Shown here piece after piece: positions 34,272 to 48,209 of a DNA stretch of 64,000 nucleotides. The notes under the pieces were generated by a model. That model was not told the DNA's origin, did not search any database, and worked only from the letters and a program-made list of their open reading frames with translations. The stretch is from Neoconidiobolus thromboides FSU 785 (lineage: Eukaryota > Fungi > Entomophthoromycota), in NCBI GenBank assembly GCA_025603075.1, contig MU626267.1, forward strand, positions 145,454 to 209,453. Reading direction: 5' to 3'. Made by a program: the position numbers and the translations under genes. How positions within the stretch are numbered: position 1 is the first letter of the stretch; the number at the start of each line of letters is the position of its first letter.

Positions 34272-36985
34272 ATATCCTGCTGATTTAGTTCTTTCCTTAA
34301 TACCTATTATTAAATTAATTAATATATTAAAGAATTACTCTTTTAATAGTATAAAAACTAATTTAAAACTTTAATTAGTTTTGACCATTAAAAGATAATG
34401 TAAAAACTCAAAATAAAAACAAATGACTAGTCGCAACTAATTTTAATCTCTTACCAAACTTATGATATTAATTAAAATAAAGTTATCAAGTTTGTATAAT
34501 AAAGCGCTATTTTATTTGATGTTATAAGAGTTGTGGATAAAAAAATTTGCTATATTTGGTACTTTCTAAAAAAAACTGAAAGCTCGAAAGCTCAGGTGTT
34601 TTATTTAGCTAACAGCTGAAAATATAATAGCAATGAACAGAGATAGAAGAGTTGGGGTAAAAGATAAATAGAAGAGAGTAAACTAAGGGACTGAAAGAGT
34701 ACATAGCCCTAATTTACTTGTTTATAATCGATTGAATTTAACAAAGAAAGTGTATAGTCGTTTTATAAATACTAAGCTAAACACAGAATATTGAAAAAAC
34801 GACAGATAATGAAGCAAATAATTTAGTAAATAGAATAGATGGCCCCCACATGCAAGTGTAAGGTAAGCATTTAAATTTCAATTAGATTATCTTCAATTAG
34901 TCATCATAAAAATAAATGCTATGAAATATTATTATAGAATAAACTAGTTGCTTTATTTTAAAAGATATTAGATCATTCTTGAAAGTGATTAAAATTGTAA
35001 AAACATTAAAACTATGAATTAAAATAAGAACATAATGATAAAAATATTCAAATTAAAGCGGAATAGAATTTGTTAACAAACACCATTTTAGATTTCAAGA
35101 GGTATTATGCTACACTTAGTCACCTGATTACAAGGGAAAAAGGCAGAATTTAGTTTTAATTTATAATAATAGTTATTATTATTATTATTATTATAAACGT
35201 TCAATTTGAGTACGGAAAAAGATGTCTCCTTTTTTATAAAATAAAGTAACCCATTTAATTTAACTTTTATTAAAAAGTTGTGTGCATTGCGTATAAGATA
35301 TTTTTATAAATAAACATATTTTTAGTAACAATTCATGCTTTATTAAAGTTCAGACTAAAGCTATATAATAAAACTTAAGTTATTTCATAGTATAGAATTT
35401 TATTTTAATATAACTTAAATAACATTCTAAATAATTGATCTTGATGATGAAAAGATAATAGATATTTTAGTTTTGATTATTTTAAAAAGTACGAAAAGAG
35501 GGCTTTAGGTTAAAATATAAATAACAATTATTATTTCACTGAATAACCATAAATACAACCTTTGAGAGAGTGATCCTAAATACAGAAAGTATAAAACAAT
35601 TTAGATATAATCCCTTATAAAGTTAAGTCAATTTGAAAAATAAAATAATCAGATTACTAATTTAGGCAACTTAAATAATTTACAAGTATTGAAATCATAT
35701 ATTAAAATAATTTTTAAAACAAAAACTTGATTAAAAGCGACATTACTAATTTATTTAAGCTCTTTAAATAAACAATAAATAAATAAAGTTCAAATATTGA
35801 GTTTCTTCATACTATAAGATTTTAACTGGGAAAGTAGTTTTTCTATATTATACTTCTTTTTATGGTTCAAAATCAATAAGAAATCATAAGAATAATCCTT
35901 AGACTTAAGCCAATAGCTTTGCTCAATAGAGTTAAGGTATTTGGGATAAAGATAGCTGAAAAGTGTGATTGATGTTATAAATAGAGATTTTATATTCTTT
36001 AGTATGGTAATAGATTAACCGGATTTTAATAGTATTTAAATATAGCGTCATCATTATTATCTAGATAATATCTTATGAAAATTTAAAAAAATTTAATAGT
36101 TCTAATAGTGTTATATCAACTCATGAAAAATAGTTCTATTTTGTACTAAAAATTAACAAAAATATAGATAGAATATAATGAATATAAAATAGAATAAAAG
36201 TAAAGCAAAAATTATATATTTTATACAGAACCATTGATTTTCATTATTAACTTTAAATTAGCTTAGCTTACCAGGAAATACTAATATTAAGAGAATAATT
36301 CATAACTGCATTACAACCAATTGAATTACTATCTATTTTTATTAACCAATTGAAATTCATTCTTATTCTACCGTATTTATTAAGAACCAATACTACTACT
36401 AATTAAATGATTAACTTGAAAAGACTTCTACTTTAATAGGAATGTGTGCTCCTCTCAGATGTCATGGACATTAGAAATCGAATAGAAAATTAACAGTATT
36501 GTACTACTAAATATGTAATTGTTCCTTGGTTTGAAACCACAAACACTTGGAACCTGCAACGCATCAATAGTACAACTTCCAAATTAAGAAATCGAAGTAA
36601 AGAATAATTAGTAACGAGAACCGGTTCTCATAAATAATAAGTAACAAATTATTCCTCAAAAAATTAGGGTCATGAACATAAAATATTCCGCTTTAGTAAA
36701 AAGTTACAAGGATGAAACATTAATTTCGGGAAAGTTTACTTTGATTATTAACCACTGAGAGCATTTCTACACCAAAGATTAATTGATTTCAATTTTTTAA
36801 GATTGAAATTACCTTCACTCTGATTTAGAAAACCGACTCAATCAAAAATAGAAAAGTATAAATAAACTTCGAAAAAATAAGTTATTCCAAACTTCTCACT
36901 TTTAAATATTTTTTATTAGTTTAATATTCTTTCAAAAAACAAAAGTATATAATATTAATAGAATTCCTTAAGCTAATTAATTATT

Positions 36986-38116
36986 ATGGTGGACTATAAC
37001 CCTTATCCTTCCTCATCCAATGGTTATCAACCTAGCAAAGCATCCCATCAAACTACCCCTAATAATGTAAGTAACACCAATCATCATTACTACTCACAAT
37101 ATCAAAGCCATCATCCACAACATCTTCAACCTATAAAAATAGAGCCACGCATGCATCAGGATACCCATGAGCACTATCCTCAATCAGCAGGGCATCCTCA
37201 AAATCACCCTCAAATGCGCCATTATCATTATAACACTCAACCTCATGCTAATCAAAACAATATGAGTTTTGTACCAATCATGCCAAATAGCGTTCATCTC
37301 AACCATCCTGGACATCATACTGAGCCAAGTACCCCAACAACCCATGGCTTTCAAATTCCCCCCATCTCAAGAGAATCACTCCCAATGTATAATAATATGA
37401 TGATGAGTACTCCGAATCATCCTTATTATCATAACTATTCTACTAACCATCATGCTATGCCACCGTATCCAAGCCACCTTTCAAGAGAAGGTATTACTAC
37501 TCCGCTCAATAGCTCTAGTGTACCTCAAACCCCATCTCACCCTACGCCAACCACTTTACCAGCTTCTCATGATGAAGAGGATATTCGAGGTAGAGCTGAG
37601 AATTGGCATTATGCTGAAACAAAACAATTTGTGCAAATTTTATTGATGCATAAAAGGGAACTCACTAACTTACGTCGCCATCCAGGTGTATGGGCAACAA
37701 TTGCTACCCAACTTAGAGGATATGGGTATGAAAGATCAGTGGAAAAATGTAAGAATAGATGGAAGGTATTGGTAGCAAAATATAAGAAGTATACTGAAAA
37801 GATAGCTAGTAATCCTAAAGTTAAATCGTCGGATGGTTCTCAATATATTCCAAAAGGAGGAGCACCTCACTCTGGACAATCTTTTGACAATAACTATCAT
37901 TATTATCATCAACAGATTCAACAACTGAATTCAGGAGCTAGTAATTTTGAGTTTTACTACGAAATGCATGAGTTACTGTCAACTATTTATCACGCTGGTC
38001 CAGACGGTGTAGTAAAAAGAAGACAACCTACTAGAAGATCACCATCCCCTAAGCATTTTATTACTCCTATTGATTCCAAAGAAAGGACGGAAAAGGAGCT
38101 TACTGCTAAAAAATGA
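36986..38116 (+). CDS. Myb/SANT-like (trihelix GT-1 type) DNA-binding protein with His/Pro/Gln-rich N-terminus
   Basis: W...ET..F......R.......VW..IA..L...GY.RS...CK.RW..L...YKK pattern in the 376-aa ORF. Confidence 0.85.
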   Translation: MVDYNPYPSSSNGYQPSKASHQTTPNNVSNTNHHYYSQYQSHHPQHLQPIKIEPRMHQDTHEHYPQSAGHPQNHPQMRHYHYNTQPHANQNNMSFVPIMPNSVHLNHPGHHTEPSTPTTHGFQIPPISRESLPMYNNMMMSTPNHPYYHNYSTNHHAMPPYPSHLSREGITTPLNSSSVPQTPSHPTPTTLPASHDEEDIRGRAENWHYAETKQFVQILLMHKRELTNLRRHPGVWATIATQLRGYGYERSVEKCKNRWKVLVAKYKKYTEKIASNPKVKSSDGSQYIPKGGAPHSGQSFDNNYHYYHQQIQQLNSGASNFEFYYEMHELLSTIYHAGPDGVVKRRQPTRRSPSPKHFITPIDSKERTEKELTAKK

Positions 38117-38935
38117 AAATGTAGAATTATAATATAATATACAATTCGTTGTATTCATTTATAAGTAGCGTTCCATACCACATTTTTTTATGAACTTTTT
38201 TGCTTTTGTTTTTATTTTACCTATTGTATTAGCATTCCCTTTAATTATTATAGTAGTTAAGTTATTTTAAATAAATAATATTATGTCTTTAGTTTTTATT
38301 TTACTGCTATTTTAAAGGGATAAAGAGATCCCTTAACACAAGCTAAAAGTGAATAAAGATAATTGTAAAGCGATAAAAGAATTATTACTTTAACTTGTGC
38401 TGTAAAAAGGGGTTTCAAGTCACATAAGTATAAATTAACCAAATAATAAATAGTAGCAGAATTAATATAGTATATTTAAATAATAAATAGTAATAAATCT
38501 AGATTAATGAGTTTTTATTACTGTATTATGATAATAAATTAATTGATTCTCGGTTTGCATTATATATTAATTTCAATTTTGTAAAAACTTGGTTATTCTA
38601 TCCTATCTTACGATTTTGAAACAAAATAAACCATTGTTATTTGTTGAGGTGCAAAATCCCATAAAGTTCGAAAAATTATTAAATCAATCTATATTTATTA
38701 AGAAATATAAAATAACAGGTATTATAGAGAATTGAGTAATTTTTTTTGGTCAATTGATAAAACAAATTAAATATTGTTTAGAGTTAAATAATAAATAATG
38801 CTTTTATTAGTATTTGATCTGGTGTTAATTATAATAGTTTTCTCTTTATATACTAAATTTTATTTTTTGATCAAAAATTTAAGATTTATTTTATAATTTA
38901 TATATTTTCTTTTACAATAAGACTAAGTGAGATAG

Positions 38936-39017
38936 GACAGTTTGTCCGAGTGGTTAAGGAGTCAGACTTGAAATCTGATGGGGTCTCCCCGCACAGGTTC
39001 AAATCCTGTAGCTGTCG
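38936..39017 (+). tRNA. tRNA-Ser(UGA)
   Basis: GACAGTT/AGCTGTC acceptor stem, D arm CCGAGTGGTTAAGG, TCAGA-CTTGAAA-TCTGA anticodon arm, long variable arm GGGGTCTCCCC, GTTCAAATC T-loop. Confidence 0.96.
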
Positions 39018-39300
39018 TCAAAATTTTAATCTCTGATCTATTTTATCAAAGATGTTAGTCACTTTTTTTAAAATAACCTTGAAAGAGTAAAAAACCTGAA
39101 TATTTTATTGGTATAATGTTATTATCCTTTAAATAGGATTGTTGTATTGTGTTATGAACTAGCTTCAATTGTCTTTCTAATTGTTAATTTAAAATTCCAA
39201 TTTATCACAAATGGTGAAATTTAGACTTGAATATATTTTTTACTCATTACCAATGATTTTCATACTGTTTTTTTAGCTATAAGTGCAGGTATTATTATAT

Positions 39301-39394
39301 TGGGATATATTTTTTGAAGATTTTACTAACAATTTCTACATTTAAATAGCATTTGACAAATGTAAAAAGTGATGAAACCAAAAAAAATACCTCT
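39301..39394 (-). mobile_element. MITE copy (diverged)
   Basis: ATAT|TGGGATAT...ATACCTCT|ATAT, reverse-orientation interior. Confidence 0.7.
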
Positions 39395-40244
39395 ATATAA
39401 TAATTTCTGTATCATAGCTATTCGCTTACTTAAGTATGTAATATGAAAAGTTTAAAGCCAATATTCACGTTCTATAACTAAAGCCACTACTTAATATCAG
39501 TATCTATTTTATTTATTTTAAAAATAAAAAATAAAGCTGGTATTACAATATAATAGTTTAGTTTTTACTATTAATGTATTAGTTCATTCTTTGTGCACGA
39601 TTATAAGCTCAGCTTTGCCAGTTCGTGAAAATTATTTTGCTATTTTTCTAACTTATTTGTCAGTTTGATTGAAGTTACTTGCCAGTTTTAGATTTTTCTT
39701 GAAAATTAAATTTTAAACCTGTAAGTTATATTTACTCGAAATAGGAAAAAAGTTAAAAAATGGCACGTTATTTTGCAAACCAGCAAAGGAGGTGGAATGG
39801 CGATTAAAACATTTATTTTAAATGATTCATATGAAAGTTCAACATCCCTGGCAATTATTTTCATAAACTGATAAAATTTAGAACAAACATATTTTTTAAA
39901 TCTTTAGTTTTATGTTCTTAATATATCAAATATGTTTATTAATATATATTAGTTCTTTAATTTCTAAATTAAAATCAAAGTAGCCAAGAAATTTCAGGAG
40001 CAAATAGTAGCTCACAATGATTGGCTAACACCCCAGAAATTCGCCAAAAACATTTATTTTTAATGAGTGATTTAAGGGCCAATAAACTAGGAACTATTAG
40101 TAAATTACAACATTTTCATAGTAGAAGCTTATTTTTTTAATTTAAAACTTTGTATTTTTATTTTATTTGTTTCAAGCAGCTTTCAACTCTCACCGCCTTT
40201 ATTCTGAACAATTAGTTTGATACTACTGAATAGAATACTTTAAA

Positions 40245-41958
40245 ATGGATAAAATTGCTAAAGGTAAAGCTGGATATCAAACATTGGGCAACAAGCCCAA
40301 TTATATGACACCGTCAACTCCATTAGATTATAATAAACTAACAATAGCTGAAAAGATATCACGATATGCTAAAAACGAGAGTAAATGATTTATATGATCT
40401 CATCATAACTTTTATTAATATATTTATAGCCTCAACTATTGTGTTTATGATCATCTGGTGCATCAGTCAAATTTTAATTTTTGGATTTGCTTTTGTAAAC
40501 TATAAATACAACAGTGAGTTTAGTGTGGTAAGAGATATCCTACAAGAATCTTTTCTTATTGCTAGAGCAACCTCATTACCAATTGAAATTAATACCGCTT
40601 TAATCCTTTTACCAATGTGTCGTACCATTATTTCTCTATTGAGATCTACCCCTTTAAACCATGTCATCCCTTTTGACAAAAATAGAACTTTCCATAAACT
40701 TACTGCTTGGACCGTCATTTTTTATTCTGTCACTCATTCAATTGCCCATTTTATTAATTTTTATAAGTTATCCAATCTCAACGTGGGTGGTATCACTGGA
40801 AAAAGCTGGGCTCATTATACCTTTTTGACGGGACCTGGATGGTCAGGTTGCATTATGTTGTTATGTCTCATTTTAATAGGTGCTACCTCCCTTGGTAAAG
40901 TACGTCGTCAAAATTTTGAGCTATTTTGGTATACGCATCATCTATTTGCCATCTACTTTTTAATGTATAGTTTCCATGGTGGTTTTTGTTTAATTAAGAG
41001 AGACCATCCACCATATTGTGCAGGTGCTTCATTTTGGAAGTATTGGACGTTTTCTGGTGTTTTGTACCTTTATGAAAGAGTTATGAGGGAGTGGCGAGGT
41101 TCTAGAGATACTTTTATATCTAGGGTTGTACTTCATCCTTCAAGGGTAGTAGAAATTCAATTTAAAAAGAAGGATTTTAAAATGAAAGCAGGACAATATA
41201 TCTTTTTAAATTGTCCAGAAGTTTCTTTACACCAATGGCATCCATTTACTTTAACCTCTGCTCCAGAAGATGACTATGCTTCTATACATATGAGAATGGC
41301 TGGTAATTTTACCAAATCACTTGCAGAGCGTTTGGGTTGTGATATAAATGCTAAATCCCCACAAGCTGCCACTGATGAGTCGTTAGATAGAGCGTTACCT
41401 TCAATTATGATCGATGGGCCCTTTGGGTCTGCATCGGAAGATGTGTTTAATTATGAAGTATCGGTCCTAGTAGGTGCAGGTATTGGTGTAACTCCGTTTG
41501 CTTCTATCCTTAGATCCATTTGGTATCGTCTTTACACTCCAAGTAAGCAAACTAGATTATGTAAGGTATATTTTATATGGACTTGTCGTGATAAGGAAGC
41601 ATTTGAATGGTTTCAATCATTATTAAGTGTAATTGAACAAGAGGATACTTCACATATTATTGAAATCAATACCTTTTTAACAGGAAAATTGAAGGCAGAT
41701 GAAATTCGTAATCTTACACTTAATTATGAAGTAGGCAAAGAAGATGCATTGACAGGGTTAAGGTCACCAACACAATTTGGAAGACCTAACTTTAATAGTA
41801 TTTTCCAGAAGTTGGTGGAGAGGCATAAGGCTACAGATATTGGTGTGTTTTTCTGTGGACCTAAACCTCTGTCTAAATCTCTTCATATGTACTGTAATCA
41901 GTATTCACAACCGGGTAATGAAGGTACTAAGTTTCATTATAACAAAGAAAACTTTTAG
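40245..41958 (+). CDS. noxB: NADPH oxidase catalytic subunit (gp91phox family, NoxB/Nox2-like; 2 exons)
   Basis: True start likely ATG 40245 with intron 40381-40428; heme His pairs FHKL..H and THH..HG, HPFTLTS, IDGPFGSASED, GAGIGVTPFAS, FFCGP and terminal KENF; TPLN...FDKN.TFH resembles NoxB. Confidence 0.9.
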
Positions 41959-42677
41959 GGTTTATTTTAATTTTAATAAATATATAATAACTTGGTTGTT
42001 GTTTTTGAACTTATAGTAGAATCGTATATTTATAATACATTATAAGGGTTTCAAGGTGTTAGTATGCTAATGTTTTTATTATAACTAAATCGAAAGTTTA
42101 CAGTAAAAGCTAAGGATAATGAATAATTAAAAAAAGCCTTTTATAGATACCACCATTTAATAATGAATAGTACTAACTTCATTGGATCCAAAATAAGATA
42201 ATATAATCTTAACTATTTCAATTAATATTTTTGTGGTATTTTATAGATACATCTTTTAATAAAACTAGATCCTTGCCAATATTAGTTAAATATTAGACAT
42301 CAAAAGGATTGAATTCTCAACTAAGAGTCATAATGATTAAAGATTATCATAACCAATCACTGATTTTACTAACTAATAATCCTATTATTCGCGCTAAAAA
42401 TAGGCATCTAATTTTAAGCTGAGGCTGATTTACTTTATTTAAGCTCAAGCACCAAACCCAAATTTAACATCAGCAGCTAATCAGATCAACTCGAAAACAT
42501 GAATCAATTTTGAGTTCAATATGATTGGCTAAGTTTAAATTCACGGCTGGAAAATTAGTCTAACTCAGGGTAAATCACAAAATAAGAAAAAATTGGAATT
42601 TTAGTTAGCTTAACACCTTCTTGAATAGTAACCAATGTACTATTAACTCGAAAGTGAATTATCAGAGCAGCAACAAA

Positions 42678-43699
42678 ATGACTAATGAAAAATACCCCTT
42701 CTGGTTCGGTGGCTTAGCCTGTAGTTTTGCTTCATTGTGTACCCATCCTCAAGATCTTTTAAAAGTACAATTACAAAATCATAAACTTAGAAAAGGGCCA
42801 GGACTTGTTAAGACCGCTCAAACTATCCTAAAGCAACAAGGTTTCTTGGCTCTGTATGATGGTATAGGTGCTGCACTATTGAGGCAGATGACTTACTCTA
42901 CAATTCGGTTTGGTTGTTACGATAGGTTTAAAAGTCAATTTCAAGGTCCAGATGGTAAAGTGCCTTTTTACGGCTTGGTAGCTTCAGCTGTATTAGCAGG
43001 CTGTGTGGGCGGAGGCTTTGGTAACCCATTTGATGTTATCAACGTTAGGATGCAATCTGATCGACAGTTACCAGAGCAGATGCAAAGAAAATATAAAAAC
43101 GTATTGGAGGGCTTTTTTAGAATTATTAAAGAAGAAGGAAGTAGCACCTTATTAAGAGGTCTTCGTACCAGCATGGTACGTTCAGTTATTATGACTGTAT
43201 CCCAACTTGGATCCTATGATGTTATTAAAACGCAGTTGATGTCAACTAAGTATTTTGAAGAGGATTTGAAAACCCACTTTGTTACTAGTTTATTGGCAGT
43301 AAGTTTTTTATGTTCTAATATAATCTATGTATTTAGTTCATTTTTTAGGGTATAGTTGCCACCACAGCATGCTCCCCAATTGATGTAGTAAAGACAAGGA
43401 TTATGTCAAGTAGTAAAGAGGTAGGACAATCAGCCAAGATCTATAAAGCAATGTGTCATATAGTTCAAGAAGAGGGAATAAGATCATTGTTTAAAGGTTG
43501 GTTACCTTCTTATTTGAGATTAGGACCACATACCATATTAACCTTTATGTTACTTGAACAATTTAAAGCTTATTATCAAACAAGAGATGGGAATACAAGT
43601 CGCAGTATGATCAAAGGAACCAAATCAGAAATTCAAACTCAAAAGATTTCAATTGATTTGGGAAATAGTCATAGCAAAAAAATATCATCTCCATTTTAA
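42678..43699 (+). CDS. DIC1: Mitochondrial dicarboxylate carrier (2 exons)
   Basis: YPFWFGG, THPQDLLKVQLQ, LRQMTYSTIRFG.YD, GNPFDVINVRMQSD, QLGSYD, PSYLRLGPHTILTF; intron at about 43299-43348. Confidence 0.88.
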
Positions 43700-44808
43700 G
43701 TTTCGCTTTGAAAATTATTTTTATTTAATCTTATAGTCTAATTAATTTGACTATTTTTATCTTACTTTATTTAATATCTTATAGATACTACCCTTTAGTC
43801 TTTTATCGTTAGACAATCTGTTTTATTGTTTAGGATTCTCCTCCCTATATAAGTCATATATGAGATCGATCTTTCTCATTTTATATAATATAAAGTTATA
43901 TTTATCTTATTTTCCTTAGAAAGTGGTAATATTAATATATAACAATCGAAACTTTTTATTTTTTTATTTGATAAGCTATATTATCTACATGTTGTTTACT
44001 TTATTTCATTACAAGTATAAATATTTTATTGTTTATAGCTTGCTTTGATATATAGTGACAAATAAAGCGGGGCTCTATGTTAGTCACTTTTAGTTTTTTA
44101 TGAACATTCAAATAAATTCCAAAATGAAAAAAGTGACTAGTGTTTACTTTTATTAGTTGCTACAACTTTACCTTTAAGTTCGATAGTTTTAAATAGTTAG
44201 TAATCAAACATTGATATTGACTTTTTTACTAAAGTGTCAAATAAGTCAACTTTATAAAATGTTTATCTAGTTAAACAAGCTATGAATATATAATTGTTTT
44301 TATTGAGTTACTTTAGTAGTTTTTAGTTTGTGTACTTTTCGAAATTGTTCATACTTTACTTTTAACAAGCGTGGAAATGACTTTTACAAATGTTATATTT
44401 TAAACAATACTGTTCAATTAGAATAATCATTAGCAATAAATATTTCACATACATCTATCAAACTAACGGCTGCATTATGTATAATATATAATATACTTCT
44501 AATAACGATAAAAGAATCATCATATGGAGTTGTCATTTTGTTCAAAATTTACAAATTGTTCATATAGAAATATCTTTTTTTTTCCAATTTTTGTGCATAT
44601 TTAAACAATTTTTTAAATTTTTTAAAACATAATCATTATTCTATTGCATAGAATTTGAACAAAAAATGAACAAAAGACAATCCCATATAACCCATTAATA
44701 CTATAACTTCTTTAATAAAAATTTTAAACATAAATATCATTTTATTGCCATCAAAGCTAGTTATTAATCTTCAGTATAAAAGATATGGCGTTAGTTTTGA
44801 GAAGAAAT

Positions 44809-46460
44809 TTAAACTTGAGGAGAAGCAGCCAAGATTTCAGGAGTAGCTTGAGAGGCATATTCTTTAAAGTTTTCATTGAAAAGGGTACCAAGTTTCTTAA
44901 GTGTAGCATCATAAGATTCGGCAGTACCTAACCAGGCCTTAGCTGGGTTAATGACTTCATCTGGAACACCAGTGATCTTGGTTGGGATCTTAAGATTGAA
45001 GACTGGATAGTCGACATAATCAGCTTTATCAAGTTCACCATTATGAATAGCATCAATGATAGCACGAGAGTATTTAAGTGAAATACGTTTACCGGTACCA
45101 TAAGCACCACCGTTCCATCCAGTGTTAATCAACCAGGCACTGGCTTGATGTTTTTCCATTTTTTCGGCTAACATAGAAGCATATTTAACTGGATGCCATA
45201 CTAAGAAGGGTTGTCCGAAACAAGCAGAGAAGGTAGCTTGTGGTTCAGTAACACCTTCTTCAGTACCAGCGATCTTAGCAGTGTAACCAGAAATGAAATG
45301 GTACATAGCTTGGGATGGAGTTAATTTAGAAATTGGTGGTAAAACACCAAAAGCATCACAAGTCAACAAAACAATGTGTTTAGGGTGACCACCAATACAT
45401 GGAATCTTAGCATTTGGAATATATTCAATTGGGTAGGCAGCACGAGTGTTTTCAGTGATATCTTTGTTTTCATAATCAACATCACGCTTACCATCATAAA
45501 CAACGTTTTCTAAAACGGAACCGAAACGAATAGCATTGAAAATTTCAGGTTCTTTTTCACCTGATAATCCAATACATTTAGCATAACACCCACCTTCAAT
45601 GTTAAATACACCATCATCGGACCAACAATGTTCATCATCACCAATCAATAAACGATGTGGGTCAGCTGAAAGGGTGGTTTTTCCAGTACCGGATAAACCA
45701 AAGAAGAGAGAAACTTCTCCTTCAGCACTGGTGTTGGCACTAGAATGGAGGGAAAGTACACCAGCTTTTGGCATAAGGTAATGCATAACAGTGAATACAC
45801 CCTTTTTCATTTCACCAGCATATTCAGTACCAAGAATGACCATTTCACGACGTTTGAAGGAAATAGCTACTGAGGTAGTGGAAGTCATACCAGTAGTATA
45901 ACGATTGGCAGGGAATTGACCAGCGTTAAAGATGGTAAAGTCAGGGTGACCAAAGTTTTCAAGCTCTTCTTCGGTTGGACGAATCAACATATTACGCATG
46001 AAAAGAGCATGATAAGCACGTGCACAAACAACACGAATTTTAATACGGTATTTTGGATCCCAACCTGCATAACCATCAAATACATATAAACGGGAACGAG
46101 TGTTAAGGTAATCAACAGCACGTTCATGATTAATACGGAAAACTTCATCACTCATTGGGGTATTAACTGGACCCCACTATAGATATTAAAATTAAGTAAA
46201 TAAAAATTAGTAAATAAACTTACCCAGATATCTCCTGAAGTTTCAGTTTCTTCAACAATACGTTTATCACGTGGAGAACGACCAGTTTTGGCACCAGATT
46301 TGGTAATGATGGCACCGGAAGAAGATAAAACGGTACCAGGTTCATGGGTGAGGGCATGCTCATAAAGTTCAGCGACGGATAAGTTACGGAAAATCTTAGT
46401 ACGTTGATAATCGATCTTAGCTTCAGCTTTAAGATCGTCATAAATGTTACCGAAAACCAT
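44809..46460 (-). CDS. PCK1: Phosphoenolpyruvate carboxykinase (ATP) (2 exons)
   Basis: [35 protein letters not shown]-loop, [15 protein letters not shown]; intron at about 46171-46222. Confidence 0.97.
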
Positions 46461-46763
46461 ATTTAAGTTAAGTTTTTGTTTAAAGAGGGGAGTTAAAGAT
46501 TTAAGTAAAGTAAACCTAGTGATAGGAATTACGTATTAGTATAAAAAAATTAGAGAGCTACAATGAGTTTGTTGGACTTATATACTATTTCGTTGATTTA
46601 CTTTTCCATTCTATTGTAAGTTTTAGTGATGATGGAGTAGTAAGCTAATAAAATCCAATTATTATGATACATAATATCATATCATTGGCTTAAGTTAACC
46701 CTATTTGCCGAACCTTGGGCCTAAAACGAGGGTTTGTTTTTAGTAAATTTTCAATTAGGGTTT

Positions 46764-46777
46764 TGATTGGCCAATCA
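46764..46777. promoter_or_regulatory. Palindromic double CCAAT box upstream of PCK1
   Basis: TGATTGGCCAATCA about 300 bp upstream of the PCK1 ATG, with further (G/C)ATTGGC at about 46683 and 46842. Confidence 0.45.
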
Positions 46778-47655
46778 TGCTTAGAGTTTGAAACTAAACA
46801 GCCAAATTAGTATCGAATAAGTGGACCCTATCTCTAACTTTGATTGGCTTCAATTTAGGAGTTCTGATTCATTTGATTAGATAGAAGTATTTAATTATCA
46901 AAAGATTGGAAATCTATGTTCTGAAATGAACAAAAAAATCTTAAAAATAGTCCATGTCATAGTTAAGCCTAAAAGGTTTACTTAAACTTATCCAATTACT
47001 ATAGATTATTTTAGTTAACTACACATTTTATTCGCTATGAATCATTGATTTTTCAACAAAAACTTCTCATTTTAGCAAACTAAATAAAAATTAAGAATTT
47101 TTATAAAACATGTATCAATGTACATGTATCTCCCCTCTATTGTTTAATAATCTGTTCACTTATCTTATATATATTCTTGTTTAAACCACACATTTAGGCT
47201 GATTCAACCGCTGTAATGAAACTAAGATCAATATCGGTTTAATTGACTGTTTTGAAGCGAAGATGATTTAAGCTAAAATCCTTAATAACCTCCACTTTAA
47301 TTGGATAAATATTATAAAGATTCAGAGTACTCTGTTGAAATTTAAAGAGCTATTAAAGTATTAATAAGTTAGTATATTTCGGAGTTTATTTAGCTAGGGT
47401 CTAATAGAGGAAAATATACTACTGTCATATTGCTATGATGATTATTAGAAAGTTTGAAATGACCTGTTATTAGTTGACAAAATCTCGTTCCTTACTACCG
47501 AATTTAAATCTTGTGCTTGATTGATGTTAAGCTGATCATATTAAATAATCATAATAATGATTAAAGTAAATGAGCAATAGGATAAGGAGTAATTGTTACT
47601 AATCCTTTCTAACGATTTATAAATCTTTTATTATTGTATTCATATTATATTATAT

Positions 47656-47754
47656 GGGAGTGTTTTTTTTGACTTCATTGTTTTTTCCACTTTTTAAGCG
47701 CTATTTAAGTAGAAAGATTATTAATAAAATTCTTAAACACAAAAATACATCCCC
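47656..47754 (+). mobile_element. MITE copy
   Basis: ATAT|GGGAGTGT...ACATCCCC|ATAT. Confidence 0.88.
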
Positions 47755-48112
47755 ATATTTATTAATTTTATTACGTTTATAAATTGATTATTATGTAATT
47801 AATAGCCAAAATTATTAATAGATTATTATTAATGAATGTAGATTAACTTGTTTATATATTTAAGAGTTGAGTCTATTTTTAATTTTTAATTTATTTTTAA
47901 TTCAAGTTAATAGCTTAAAGTTTATTTAAATATTTAAAGTTTATTTAATTTAAATTCAATACTATTTGTTATTTTGATATTAAGGGTAATTAAAAATTAT
48001 TATTATTATTATTTTGATAATAAATAAATATAACTGTTAATTTATAGTTATTGTTGTAGCATCCCTAAAATTTATTTAATTTTGATTACTATCTTATAAT
48101 AATTTTACTAAT

Positions 48113-48209
48113 GGGGATGTATTTGTGTTTAAGAATTTTACTAACAAATTTTCCACTTAAATAGCGCTTAAAAAATGGAAAAAATAATGAAGTCAAAAAA
48201 ACACCCCCC
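48113..48209 (-). mobile_element. MITE copy (young)
   Basis: GGGGATGT...ACACCCCCC; interior is the reverse complement of 48525-48622 apart from homopolymer lengths. Confidence 0.9.

Noticed and set aside
36616-36629. Perfect 14-bp palindrome GAGAACCGGTTCTC upstream of the trihelix gene
   Set aside because: Single occurrence with no recognisable motif; cannot be separated from chance
428-45781. Short ORFs antisense to or out of frame within real genes (428-655, 4755-4967, 13722-14024, 25314-25637, 29964-30149, 30249-30464, 37452-37646, 37736-37924, 40500-40718, 41777-42016, 42968-43174, 44928-45110, 45599-45781)
   Set aside because: They are shadows of well-supported genes and have no independent motifs
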